A stretch of DNA of 53,714 bases, filler included, from Jimgerdemannia flammicorona (taxonomy: Eukaryota): the NCBI GenBank assembly GCA_003990765.1. It is 3 parts of 3 records of this genome, joined end to end, with 100 filler letters (N's around TTAATTAATTAA, not from the genome) between each part and the next. Parts side by side here need not be neighbours in the genome. Positions count along the whole stretch, not along the records: positions 35,880 to 53,714 come from RBNJ01002388.1; 2 more parts are not named here. The stretch is one strand, 5' to 3'. Each line of letters begins with the position of its first letter. Position 1 is the first letter of the stretch. Shown piece by piece: positions 35,880 to 47,864 of the stretch. A program made the position numbers and the translations under genes. Below the pieces are notes generated by a model, which worked only from the letters and a program-made list of their open reading frames with translations, searched no databases and was not told the origin of the DNA.

Positions 35880-38800
35880 CTCCCCCCCTTCCCCCCCCCA
35901 CCCTCTCCCAATGAAAGACTACTTTGTCCAACACCATCTCCACCCACTCACCACTCTGCCCACAAATCTCCTCTACCAGACAGCAACATTGCCCACCCCA
36001 GGGACCCCAACCAACCCACCACCCAGTTATTAGATCTCCCAACAACTCCTTCCACCTCAACAACTTCTCCTGCAACTCTATCTGTCATCCATCCTTAAAA
36101 ACAAAAAGCCAATGACCAGCCAGCCCAACCTACACTGCTACAACCCACCCTACAGTGAGACACTCATTGCCTATATCTCCCACTAGTCTAGATCTTAAAT
36201 CCTCCCATTGGTCTCTCACTCCATCTAGCCTCCTTTCAACACTCAGCTGGTCCCCTATAGCTATCCAAAAGTCCTCCAAAACCTCACACTCACCCAGTCA
36301 ATGTTCCAGCATCTGCACAAATCCCTCAGCTTGCTCTATATTATAACACTCCTCACACTCCAGTTGGCCACCAACTACCAGATACCCAGTACAGAAATTT
36401 AACATAACATTCCTCTACAGCATTCACCACTAAATCACCCAGAACTTGGGAGGTAGCCACTGCTGCACCTCAGCACTCCAGGACCAGATTCCTGCTCAGT
36501 CCCACTCCTCACCAATCCTCACTACCTGCCAACTGCTCAGCCAAAGGTTCTGGCCAGGACTCTGCTGACACTCCACCCCATCACCAATGTCAAACTCTGC
36601 CAGCAGAGTCCCCTCTAGAAGTAGTTAGTCCCACTGCCACATAGCAGGGCCCCATATCACCTCCCCCTTATTGCCACACCAGCATAGTCCAATCTAGTAT
36701 ACTCCATCCACCACTCCCCACCAGAAGCCCATATACTGTATCTGCTGGCTTCTATTCAGACCCACCAGAGAAAGCAAGTCACCTGAGGAACCTCAAGAAG
36801 AGACTCTCATCTCCCACACCTTCTGTATCAGCAGTATCCAACCTCCTCCCTGTAATTCAACTGCCCTCTTCAACCACCATACTTACAGGCAGTAAAGGTG
36901 CTTAGGGAAGTCTACAAGATCTAGGCCTCTCCTAATCACTGGCTCCACCAGGGTATCCCAACTGATCTGGGACCTTCTTCCTGCCCAAATCCAATCCCTA
37001 GCCAGTTTCATCAATCTCTTCACCACCCAGACCAGAAAGTCTAAGTGATACACCATGTACCACAGCTTGGGGAACCAGTAAACATTCAAGATTGACACCC
37101 TCTCTACCATGGAGATGTGATGACCCCCCCAACCTCTCAGAGCCTCCCCCCAAATGGCCACTCTCCTCTTCCACCACACCCTGGGAAGGACTGACCCATA
37201 TACTAAAAGAAAGATCCCAAGATACTGCACCACCTCTCTTGTGGAGACAATTGTTCCAATGACGTCCCCTCTCACTAGCCCATTCCCCAACACCATTGTC
37301 TCACATTTATGCTAATTGAGTTTCATCCCAGAGTATGTCTCATACCATTCTACTGTTTTTTTAAGTATCTTGATATCTGCAACTGATCCAAGTCCAACTA
37401 CCATATCATCCACAAAGACCCCTACCTTCTGTACCACTCTATAAATAGAGAGCCCAGTCACCTTCTGGCAGATCCTATCTATCAAAGGTTCCAGTGAAAG
37501 GGCATAAAAGATAGGTGACAGCAGGTCTCCTTGAGGTACACCTCTCCCCAGGGGAAATACCAAACCCCTGTGACCATTACACATCAGTACTGCCCTACTT
37601 CCCTCCAACAAACTCAACATAGAAGCCTGAAACTGTGGAGGAACACCAATCCTGTCCAGAACCTTGCCCAATCATATCCACTGAACATGGTCATAGGTCT
37701 TCTTCTGGTCCAAAAAAACCAGTCTACCATCCAACCCACAAGCCCGGGCCCCTTCTATGATACCATAAACCCAGGCAGTTTCATCTCTAATAAGTCTACC
37801 TCCTATAAAGCCCCACTGCTCCTCCCCTATCACCTGTTGAGCAACCTTTTGTAGTCTTGCCACAATCACCTTAGTCACTATCTTCCAGTCCATATCTAGA
37901 AGCATGATGGGCCTCCAGTTCTTCCAGTCCTCTTGCCTGCCCTTGTCCTTGTACAATAAGGCCACCAGCCCCAAGTCCTGCTCTTTGACCCACTTGCCAT
38001 TTAGAAGAATATGATCACAGAGGGCAGCTATCTCTCCTAGCACTCCAGGGATCTTCACCATCATCTTCTAGAAGTCCCAAGGCAACCCATCCTCCCCTGG
38101 TACCATCCCAAGCTTAGTTTCTGCAAGAACTCCCTAGATCTCCTTCTCTTGGACTAGCAAGATCAAGTCACTGAGTCTCTCCACCTATGGCAGCTCTCAC
38201 TCTTCCAGTATGTCTCTAATTGCCTCTTCCTCTGCACCCCCTTCTTCCTCACTCCACAGATCCTGCTATCTCTCCTTCAAAACCCCCAAGATCTGGTGTG
38301 TGCCATGTACTATATTCCCCTTGGCATCCAAGATTCCATCTCACCGATGTTGCACCCTCTTGGCTTTGAGTAGCCTAGACAAGTATCTAGTAGGCCACTC
38401 TCCCTTCTCAAGCTCCTGCCACCATAACCTGGTAGTCATTCCATATATATGAATCTCTTCCTCCTCTTTCAACACTTGTTGCAGTTCCACTACCTCCAAT
38501 TTCGCCCTCTCTAATCTCCAATCTTCCACCTCAACAGAAGAAAGCAGATCAGCCCATCTCATCTGCAATCTCACTAGCCTATTTGAAGCACACTGTACGT
38601 GCTTCCTCCTCTGTCTCCCAGCCTCCCTACCAGCTCCTCCCCAATAAACCCTAGCAGCCTCCTTCAACCTCATCTACCAAACACCTACAGACAAACCCTC
38701 ACACCTCCAGATAAGAACCTTTGCCTGTATGTCCTCCACCCATGAGTCTCACAACCCCTTCTCTGCCAGCAAGGAGGAGTTAAGGCACCAATGTCCAAGT

Positions 38801-41661
38801 CCATCTCCACTCCTCTCAAACTGCCTCTGCCCCAGCAATCTTCAGTGATCTGACCATGGGCACTACTCTACCTCCAAAGACTTCCAAACATCAGCACTCT
38901 AATATTCAGCTATCAGTATCTAGTCAATCCTTATATCTAATCCATTCACCCAATGCATGTAGACCCTGGTATTGCTCCACCATATTCTGCCCATATCTCC
39001 TAAGGAGCTGAGATTCTCCACCTCCTCCTATGTATTCAGACCACTACTCCTCCCACCCATATTCCTCCCTCCATCAGTTCTATCCAGGTGCATATTCCAA
39101 ACCATATTGAAATCACCACCCAGAACATCAACTCCTTCCTCTAAGAGAGTACCCTCCTCTAGTAGCTCCTTAATCCATGCAATCCTCTCGCCCCTAACCA
39201 CAGAGTAGTAGCATGATCCAACCCTCACTGGTTCCCATCCAGGTCGATGCCAATCTCCCCAGACCAAGTGATCACCCCAGTTCCTGATTCCCCCCAGGTC
39301 TCCTTTACTCTTTCTCACCAGAATCGCCACTTTGTCAAACCAAGCAACAGCCCCACCCCATTTCCTAGTCTACTCCACTCGATCATCCTCATCCTCACAC
39401 CATACATCCTGTAATAAAAAGAGATCAGCCTCCAATCCCTTGAGCCAAGTAAAAATATTCTTACACTACCCAGAACCCCTTAACCCATTCACATTCAAAG
39501 AGAAAATGTTAGTTGTATTGTTCATAAGAAATAATGTTATATATTGATTCCATTCTCTACAAATCTGCATTCAACTCCTCCTGTGCTAAGTCCAAGTTAT
39601 GCTCAGCAGCCAACTCCTTCTCTCCAGCTTTCCATGCCTCCAACTCTCTCAGAAGTTCCACCATTACCCCATCTTCTCTCTTCTCAAAGTCCTCACAATA
39701 CTCCAGACAGGCCTCCTGCCAGAGCTGTAGACCATAATGCTCTGCCCAACAGTAGATAGCCCACTCACCAGCAACAACTGTCAGCTCCTCCCTTCTCATC
39801 TTATCAACCTCATATCCCTCCTCCTCCAAGAAAATCACAAGAATCTCCATCTTCAGTACCTCCACTACACCATCTCTATGTAGAATTTGTGCCCAGTACT
39901 CCTCAGGCATTACCTGCAGGTTCACTTCTCCCAACTCCTCAGCTGTGAGGTGATCTATCATCTTGCTCATCCACAGCAAGTTTCCTATCTCCTTCCCTCT
40001 CAGAGTCCTTGACCGCCCTGCATCCAACATTGTTATATCTGCTCCTACACTGGTAGCCTCATCCCACTCCTCCTCTGGGACATCCACCAGCTTGTCCTCA
40101 CCAACCACCACTACTTGTCCCTCTTTTGCCACATCAGGGACACCAAAGTATACCCTCTGGGCCCCCTTCATTATCATCTTCCACAGTCCCTCTCTTTACC
40201 ACCAGGCCACTCCTGATAAGAGGGGGGGGGGTGGTATCCAACTCTTGCTCCCAGACTTCAAATATATCATCTGCATAAGGGTCCTTGTTCAGCACCTTCT
40301 CAGCCCCTTCTAAGGCTGCTGCCACCTCCTCTCCTCCTTTACTAGCCTGGATACTGGCTTCGACACCCCCAGTCTCCTTAGCTCTATCCACCTTCTTCAT
40401 AGTCCTACCACTTATACTTGCCAATAGCTCTCTGCTTTATGTACCTCTGGGCCCACTCTCACTTCCCCTTGTCAGTTCGAATCTACTTCCCATCAATAAT
40501 CTCCAAATGTATTGACTCCTCAAACAATTTCCAGGGCTTCGCCCTCCTCTCAACAGCACCACTCAACTCTTTCAGTACCTCCAACCAATTCTCCTCCTCC
40601 ACTTCATTCCCTCTCACCCTCGACACCTTATAGACAAAAGCCCCCCACATCAACACCAAGGGCCAGTTGCTCATCTTCCCAGTGGCCTCCCTTCCTGCCA
40701 GTCTAATCCTCACATCCATATTGCTAGTCCTAATGGAGGTTCCCTCCTATATCTAGAGATCGATATCCACCACATCGCTATACTCCACCATCACTTCCTC
40801 CACCCTTCTCCTAGTCTCCTTCTTCATCACAGTAGGCACTCCCTTCACCAGCAGCTGCACCACTCTGGGGTCTTACCTCAGGCAGTATATCATGGAGACC
40901 ACTACCTCCCCAACTACCACTCCAGTCTTCAGCACCTCTTCCAGTGGGCCTGCCTTCTCAAAGCCCACCTTGACTCCCTCTAGGCCCTTCAGGAACTTCA
41001 CTGAGGCCACCCCAGCTACCTGCTTTGAGACAAGTCCCAAGACCATTCTTGCTGTTACCACTAAGCCTCGGAAGCACAATGTTACTGCAAACTCTGAGAT
41101 TGACTTCCTGAGTAACAATGCCACTGCTAGCCCTGTTATACCATCGGCCAGATCCCCCTTCCACATTGGGACCCCCTGTCCTGCACCTCCATCAGCTATC
41201 ACATCTCTTTTTTTTTCCTGATTACCTGTCACACTGCCATCAGCAGTTCCATCCCCAGCCATAGCACCTTCAGTACCTATGCTTGCATCTCCCACCTGAG
41301 TACCTCCCCCCCTCTCTTGGCTTAGCTTGCCCTTCCCTATAGCAGCACCAGCCCTAGATCCAGCTGGCCACCCTCTCTTCTTCACCTTATCCACAAAACT
41401 TAGAGGGCCAGGTCTCACCCCATTGCTACTAGCTACCAGTCTACTTCCAGAATCCTCACCACCCTTCGATCCCCCAAAAGCCCCCATCTCTAGGCCATAA
41501 CCCCTCTCTACATACTGCCAGCTGAAAGCCACAGGTCCACCCAACCCAGTACGCCCATCAGAACTCTTGCTCAATAACGTTTTTATAATACCTTTTCTCT
41601 GATTTATGTCAAAAACCATTGCTTGAAGTTTGTGTAACATAAATTGTACAGGAGAAAGGTA
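35880..41661 (-). mobile_element. L1/Tx1-like LINE copy 4 (same subfamily as copy 3), nearly full length
   Basis: 5' end matches copy 3 (ACCTTTCT.CT.TACAATT); ORF2 ATG at 39525; GGDFN, KNWRPIMLL, GVPQGDLLSP, FVDD and a C-terminal C-x2-C...EH...C motif. Confidence 0.92.
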
Positions 41662-42319
41662 ATTAATAGAATACTACTATAGCCCTCAAGATTACTAGTG
41701 TTGCACAATGAGCTATAAAAAGACAATAGTGCACTACCAAGCTACTGATCATAGAAGAATCCTTTGATAGTATCCAGAGTATTATCCAGATACACTTGTT
41801 ACAAATCTCATATTTTAAGATCTACTAGAACTAGACTGAGTTTTAAGAATACTTCAAAATAGGATAGCTACTAAACTTATAGTCAGAGATAGAAAAAGAA
41901 GACTAAATTGGAGAATGCTAGCTCTTTTATGCTCATATCATAATCACTAAGTGAGTTAATAAGTTGTTCAAAGATAATGAGTCAGCTCTTGCCCATTTTT
42001 AAGAAATAGTCCCAAAAGACTTTGGATATATTAAGAGATACTACTGGAAGAATATAATGACACAAATCACCTATTCAGAAGAAAGTTGTAGTAGTTGATC
42101 TGAATTAGTAATATAAATTAGAAGAATAGATATTTGATCATAGTATCTAAATCTAATTCTCAAATATAGTATAATCTTATAAATAGCAGTCATATTTTAC
42201 AAATATTAAAGTTTTTACAAATATTAAACTCTTCACAAATGTTGAGATTTAATAGATATTAAGGATTAATACTTATAAAAAATAACTCATATAAAATATA
42301 GTTATAACTTAACAATCTT

Positions 42320-42540
42320 ATAACTAGCAAACTTGTATAAATATTCTCAGTATCTAGAGTAAATAAAACCTCAGATTGAAATAGTTCAAAGCAAAGAGAA
42401 AGTAAAGGAACTAGTAAGTCTATAGACAGATATACTTCAAACTCACCCACCCCTATATCTCAAGGACTCTGTAGAGTCAAAGAAGATCAAGTTTTTAAGA
42501 TACAGAAATCTGATATACTTACTTAGTTAATGTTATACTT
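42320..42540 (+). repeat. Decayed LTR-like relic (boundaries approximate)
   Basis: CTAGCAAACTTGTATAAAT...AGAGTAAATAAAACCTCAG matches the Gypsy LTR core at ~11265-11310 (minus) and ~26382-26431. Confidence 0.5.
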
Positions 42541-42588
42541 TTGTTAAAGTAACTGAGAGCTTAAGCCAAACTATATAGTAGTCCCAAC

Positions 42589-42980
42589 TAGTACTCTTAA
42601 TGAATTGAATTGAATCAAATTTGACCTAAATTTAATTTGATTTGATTTAAATTAAATCAAAGGTCTAATTCAATTCAAGATTCAATTCAAACTCTATTTT
42701 TTGAAATATAATAACTTGACAAAAATATAAATTTAATAATCTTTAGCTTATTAGATTCCTTTATAAGAGAAATCTAATAAGCTAAAGATTATTAAATTTG
42801 GATATATTTTCATCAAGTTATTATATTTTGAAAAATAGAGTTTAAATTGGACCCTCAATTTTATTTGAATTTGATTTGATTTAAACTTAATTTGAATTAA
42901 AAAAATCCCTAATTTGGTTCAATTTGAATAACTTTCAATTCAATTTAATTTGAATTGATTTAATTTATTTAGAAGCACTA
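42589..42980. mobile_element. Non-autonomous fold-back MITE, probably hAT-type
   Basis: Imperfect terminal inverted repeats (TAGTACTCTTAATGAATTGAATT / AATTGATTTAATTTATTTAGAAGCACTA), long internal near-perfect palindrome centred ~42765, 8-bp flanks GTCCCAAC/GCTCCAAT differing only by C/T transitions. Confidence 0.75.
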
Positions 42981-43654
42981 GCTCCAATTGTATAATTTGC
43001 CTCTATTGAGCTGGTATTTTACAATATATATAATAAGTTATAATAGTTATATATATATATATAAAGTGTAAAATATATAAATAAGAATATTCTGATAGTA
43101 TTACTCTTATCTATTATTAATAAACCTCACTTCTTATATATATTTAATAATAGAGTAGCTTATAATAAGTTATAATTAATAATAGTATCTACCAGATGAT
43201 GAAAAATATCTCATTAGATATAAGCTTGAAGAGCTCAGGTTTAGAACAGAGAAGATAGATATAATGATAAATATGTAACTATATAATAGTGAACTGCAAG
43301 ATAGTATATATATGAATACAACAAGATATTGACCAAGCTACCATCCTCATGGAATCAAAAGCTATCAGAACCTTGAAGCACAGTATCAACAGGGATAGTA
43401 TCTATATTGTTATTAAGAACCCTATCACAATCTCATTATAAATGTATAGTAAATCCACTACATAATAAGTATGGAGAATTCAAATGAGAAAAGAGGATTT
43501 CACATTTATTCTGCATTCACAAACGAAAAGATATACATTCAAGGTTACTACGCAATAAATCACACCAAATGATTGGGAGATTGCAAGAGAGGGAGGGGGG
43601 ATGGAAAACTATCTTAAAATCCGTCATTTCTCCTGAGAGCCAAAATTTCGGGTA

Positions 43655-45533
43655 TCACAATCTATAAGTTATGACGTACGTAGGATAGAACCGTCCAAGC
43701 GAGTACACAATGTATATCTCGCTTCCAGAGGTGTATCCTGAAAATGTAAATGCGCATTAAACAACGTGCTTGATCTTTAAAAATGAAAGTCGATTGAGCT
43801 GCCATGGGGCCGTCGAATCAATAAGACTGGCCCAAACCCTTACCCTTGATCGAGTCATGTCGTTCGTCCTCGAACGTCCCGCGTTGCGTCACTTTTACTG
43901 GAGGAAGGGTAATGTTTGGGTCGCTTGGCAGATATATCGAATCGCCCGTGATGACCTATGATATTGTCATTCGGGAACATTTGAGTATGTATGCTACTTT
44001 TATTCCAGCAGCGCCATGGTGATTTGATATGGAGCGCAAATACTAACGTTAGCTAAAATGAACTGCTTATTCCCTAAATCATCCGTGGATGCGTAGTTGT
44101 TGGAGTAAGATGCGTTCACCGCAAAGTAGCAGCCTTTGCCCCATAAACCTAGCTCATGTCAAAAAAAGATTTTGTTTAAGTGAAAATCAAGCGACGGTTG
44201 AAATCGGATCCATAAAGAAAAATATTTCTCACCCTTCGATGAGAATCTGGGGTCAAACCCTTCCTCACTCTTGTATATGGAACTAGGTGGCGTGGCCCTC
44301 GTGCCGTGGAAAAGAGATATATCGTTTACTTGGCCCTCGTTTTTCTTCGACATCTGGCGATGGTTGTGCTGGTATGTAGACCACAGGTGTCGATTCTACG
44401 TGATGTGCAAAAATGGTCAATTGGTGGATGACAACTCTTACGTTATATTAAATGGCTGAAACAAAGAAATAAATGTTGTTAACGGTACGGACTTGCACTC
44501 GCTCAATCTTCTGGATTCTGGCATGCGGTAATGTCTGGTGTACGCGCGCGGCCACTCTATTCCACTCCGTACTCGTGGTACCCAACGCCACTAATACACA
44601 GTTCACCTTCTCATCGAACTTGTCCCAGCCCTTCGGTACGTCGTTTTCGATGTTGCGTGACTTATCGAACGCCCACTTGTACACCTCCGCTCGCACGGCG
44701 TCTACAGACCCCTCGTGCCCGGTCAGTTTGATTGTATTATCTATGGTGTTGAACTCCACGTCTACGTACAGACGTCTAGCGATCCTCCGAACGGCCTCAT
44801 CGCGCTCCATCCGGTCAATTTTATCGAAGTCACTCATGGGAAGGAACTCGGCCTTTGGCTTCACGAGCGACTCCAGTTCTTGTGCGGCGGTTTCGGTGTC
44901 AGCCCGCCTACCCGTGATCACGAATTCGATGGGATCTTTCCAATATCGGTAATTGACGGGGATGGGTTTCTGATTACGTAGAAAAAACATTCCGCATTAG
45001 TGTACCACCGGTGTCGGGAATTGCAATTCGTAATAAATTTCATATAACTATATAAACCTCGTCGTTATTCGACGCAACTTGCGGGCACGGCAGCTGTGTT
45101 TTGGCCGCTATCGGTATGGTGACATCTTTGCGCATAATGACCCGCTTGTAACCTGTCTTCGTATTTTTCTGAAATTGGCCATTGTCATCGAATAGGATTT
45201 CGTATGTAGTCCCGCATATGACAATGTTCACCGAAGCCACCACCGGGATCACAGAGATCGGGGTTACCTCTGGGATAGGGGTTACTACCGTGATCGGGGC
45301 TACTACCGGGATCGAGACTATCACCGGGGTCGAGGCTACCACCGGAGTCAAGTCTACCACCGGAGGCGGATCGGGCTTTTTTCCGAAAAGGAGATCCAGA
45401 AAGCCGGGCTGTTGCTGTAGCTGTAGTTGTTGCTGCTGTTTTCGTAGTTGCTGCTCCCGTTGCTGCAGCTGCTGTTGCTGTTGCTCTAGCTGTTTATTTA
45501 GCTGTAGCTGTTGCTGATACTGTTGCTGTAGTC

Positions 45534-45569
<36 letters not shown>

Positions 45570-47596
45570 TTTGCTGTTGCTGTTGCTGCTGTTGTAGGGC
45601 TTGCTGTTGTTGCAGGGTTTTCAGCTGTTGGATAAGCCACTTGTTGTGGGCGTCTTCGATTTCAATGTTTTGGTCACGGTCATACATGACCCATTGCTGT
45701 CCATTGTCGTGCTGGGGGTTGGGATGTCAATGAATATTTATAAATATAATAAAATGAGCAAATAAGAAGGCGTGTAGAAGAGAACAGTGTGGTTATTGAC
45801 GTGAAGAACACTTCACGAGCACTTACTTTTCCTCCAACGGTCTCCTTCCAGAACCATTGGTATGGGAGAGGTTGCAATGTTGGCGTGAGAACGCTTGAAG
45901 CAATGAGGTCAGTGGTAATTTCATCATTATTTTCTGTTTCTTTCCATCTCTCCTTAAGCTCCTTTCGGAGCATTGGATATATCTCTGTCGAATTCTGTTG
46001 ATTAGCGTCCTCGATACCAACGTGATCTCTATCCTTCACCGGAGCCCTTTTCACTACCGGTTCAGGATTATAGTCGATGATGCGCACTTTGTGAATCCGC
46101 GTTTTCGGCAAAGTTCGCACGACGGCATCCACAATAACCTTTGCGCTTTTCTCGTGCGGAAACCCGTAGAGACCCATGCTGATCGACGACAGGGCGACAG
46201 TCTTGCATTCCTTCGCGTTTGCCAGTAACAAGGCGTTGGCGACGGCTGCGTGCAGGCACTCTTCCTCCTTGTTCGTACCGGCGGACCACACGGGTCCCAT
46301 GGCGTGTATGATGTACTTCACGCCTTTCTTTTGTAAGTCGCCTGCCGTTGTTACGAACGCTTGCCCTGTGGGCATGGATCTATATTGCGCGATGATGTTC
46401 TTGCATTCGTCGCGAAGTTGCTGCCCGGCGGCGTCGGCGATCACTTTGGCAATGCCACCCTCATAGTCAAGTCTCGAGTTCGCAGCGTTCACGATCGCGT
46501 CAACGGTCTCATGAATAATGTTTCCAGAGACGAGCTACCGAACACAATATAAAATGGAGCAATGTGAGTATATTGGAAATACGCTTGTCAGGTAAATCTA
46601 GTAAATCTAGTGAATAAAATTTACCAACCTCGATGGCTTGATTCGTTGCCCGCATTACCACGCCGAAATTCATTTTCGGAAGAAGGATTTCAACGCAGAG
46701 ATTTTGTTCAATTTTTGTAATCTTGTCTCTTTGCACTAAGATAGTCTCTGCCCGCTGACGGTCGACTTGTACTGGCAACGATTGCAACTCGGATGTAACT
46801 TTAATGGCATATGCCTTGAAACTGGCAAAACCTTTGTCGATATTATCGCGTGTTCCAGAAAATAAATATGAAGGACGGTCGTCATTCCCTTCTCGCTTGA
46901 TCCTGTGAACATAATAATATATCAATTAAATAGACGAACATAGATTCATATCATACACAAGAGACGTGATCGAAATTATACGTACCATATACTGTGCTTC
47001 CAACCGATCGCGGCTAGTTCTTCTTCATCTTTCAATTTCTCAAACCATAAGCGGTAGCGTACGTCAGGAATCGTGTATGATCGCGAGATACTTTCGTTTG
47101 AAGTTTCCGATTGTTCCCTCAACAGATTATAATACTGGTCTTGAGCTGCCGCAGAATTTTTGTGACGAACAGGTGACTCGGCATGTTGCTTCGTCTGAGC
47201 AGGGCGACCAAATTCCTTCCCTGAAGTTTCTGACTCTTTCCTCCGCGGAATATCGTGTTTTTCATGAGACCCGATAAGTTGCTTCGGCTGAGCAGGACGG
47301 CCAAGTTTCCTGATGATGCCGGTGTAACCTTTCACGGTAATTTCTTTGTTGATCATCCGAGCAGCTAGGTTATACGCTTTCTCGGAGTTGAAGTTGATGA
47401 AGGCAATGCACGTTCCATCTCCCTTCGGGGCGCCGAGTTTTATAGCGGTGCTGTTCGGAAACTGGAACGCGAGTGATTTCTTGACTAAGTGTTCTGGCGT
47501 GATAAGACCGACCCGGTGAAATACGACAATAAGACAGTCTCTATTATCTTGAACATTGAAAGAGTTGAAGGGTTTTGAAGAGGGTGTTTCGGCCAT
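43655..47596 (-). CDS. Macrodomain/WWE mono-ADP-ribosyltransferase, PARP14/PARP9/PARP15-like, ~1060 aa, 9 exons
   Basis: Exons 47596-46986, 46902-46629, 46534-45827, 45711-45058, 44969-44493, 44395-44233, 44148-44048, 43955-43844, 43737-43655; all GT-AG and in frame (3183 nt). RRM (GTCIAFINF), Macro (VDAIVNAAN...GGIA...IIHAMGP...SMGLYGFP), WWE (YQWFW...WVMYD...IEDAH), ART (KIERVQN, LFHGT, GKGCYFA, HDS, EIYIVY, YPTYVITY). Confidence 0.9.
45236..45612 (-). repeat. Coding repeats in the PARP gene: polyglutamine CAG/CAA tract (45409-45612) and 18-bp P-V-V-x-x-T repeats (45236-45366)
   Basis: Seen directly in exon 4 translation (QQQQ...; PVVDLT PVVAST PVIVSI PVVAPI...). Confidence 0.9.
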
Positions 47597-47864
47597 GGTT
47601 GATACGTGGTAAGCCACAGGGATGTTTAATTACTTGACACGAGACGTCACCGGAAATCTGGCTTACGTATGACACTGCAAACCTTGTTTCGACTGCGGCA
47701 GCCGATCATATAATTACGTAAAGCTCGAACCAGGATCTGAGATTCTCTACAAAGGCATGTAACCTTCTCGTCACATGATCATTTTTTGGAAGCTAAAATT
47801 TTAATATCATAATTTTTAATATTTATACTATAAGGCTCTAATAATATATTTTTAATATATAAAT

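Noticed and set aside
43690..43730. Poly-ADP-ribose polymerase (H-Y-E) activity because of the Glu in SEIYIVY
   Set aside because: Aligned to PARP1 NEYIVY, the catalytic position is Ile and the Glu is one residue upstream, so mono-ART is the better reading (a structural alignment would confirm).
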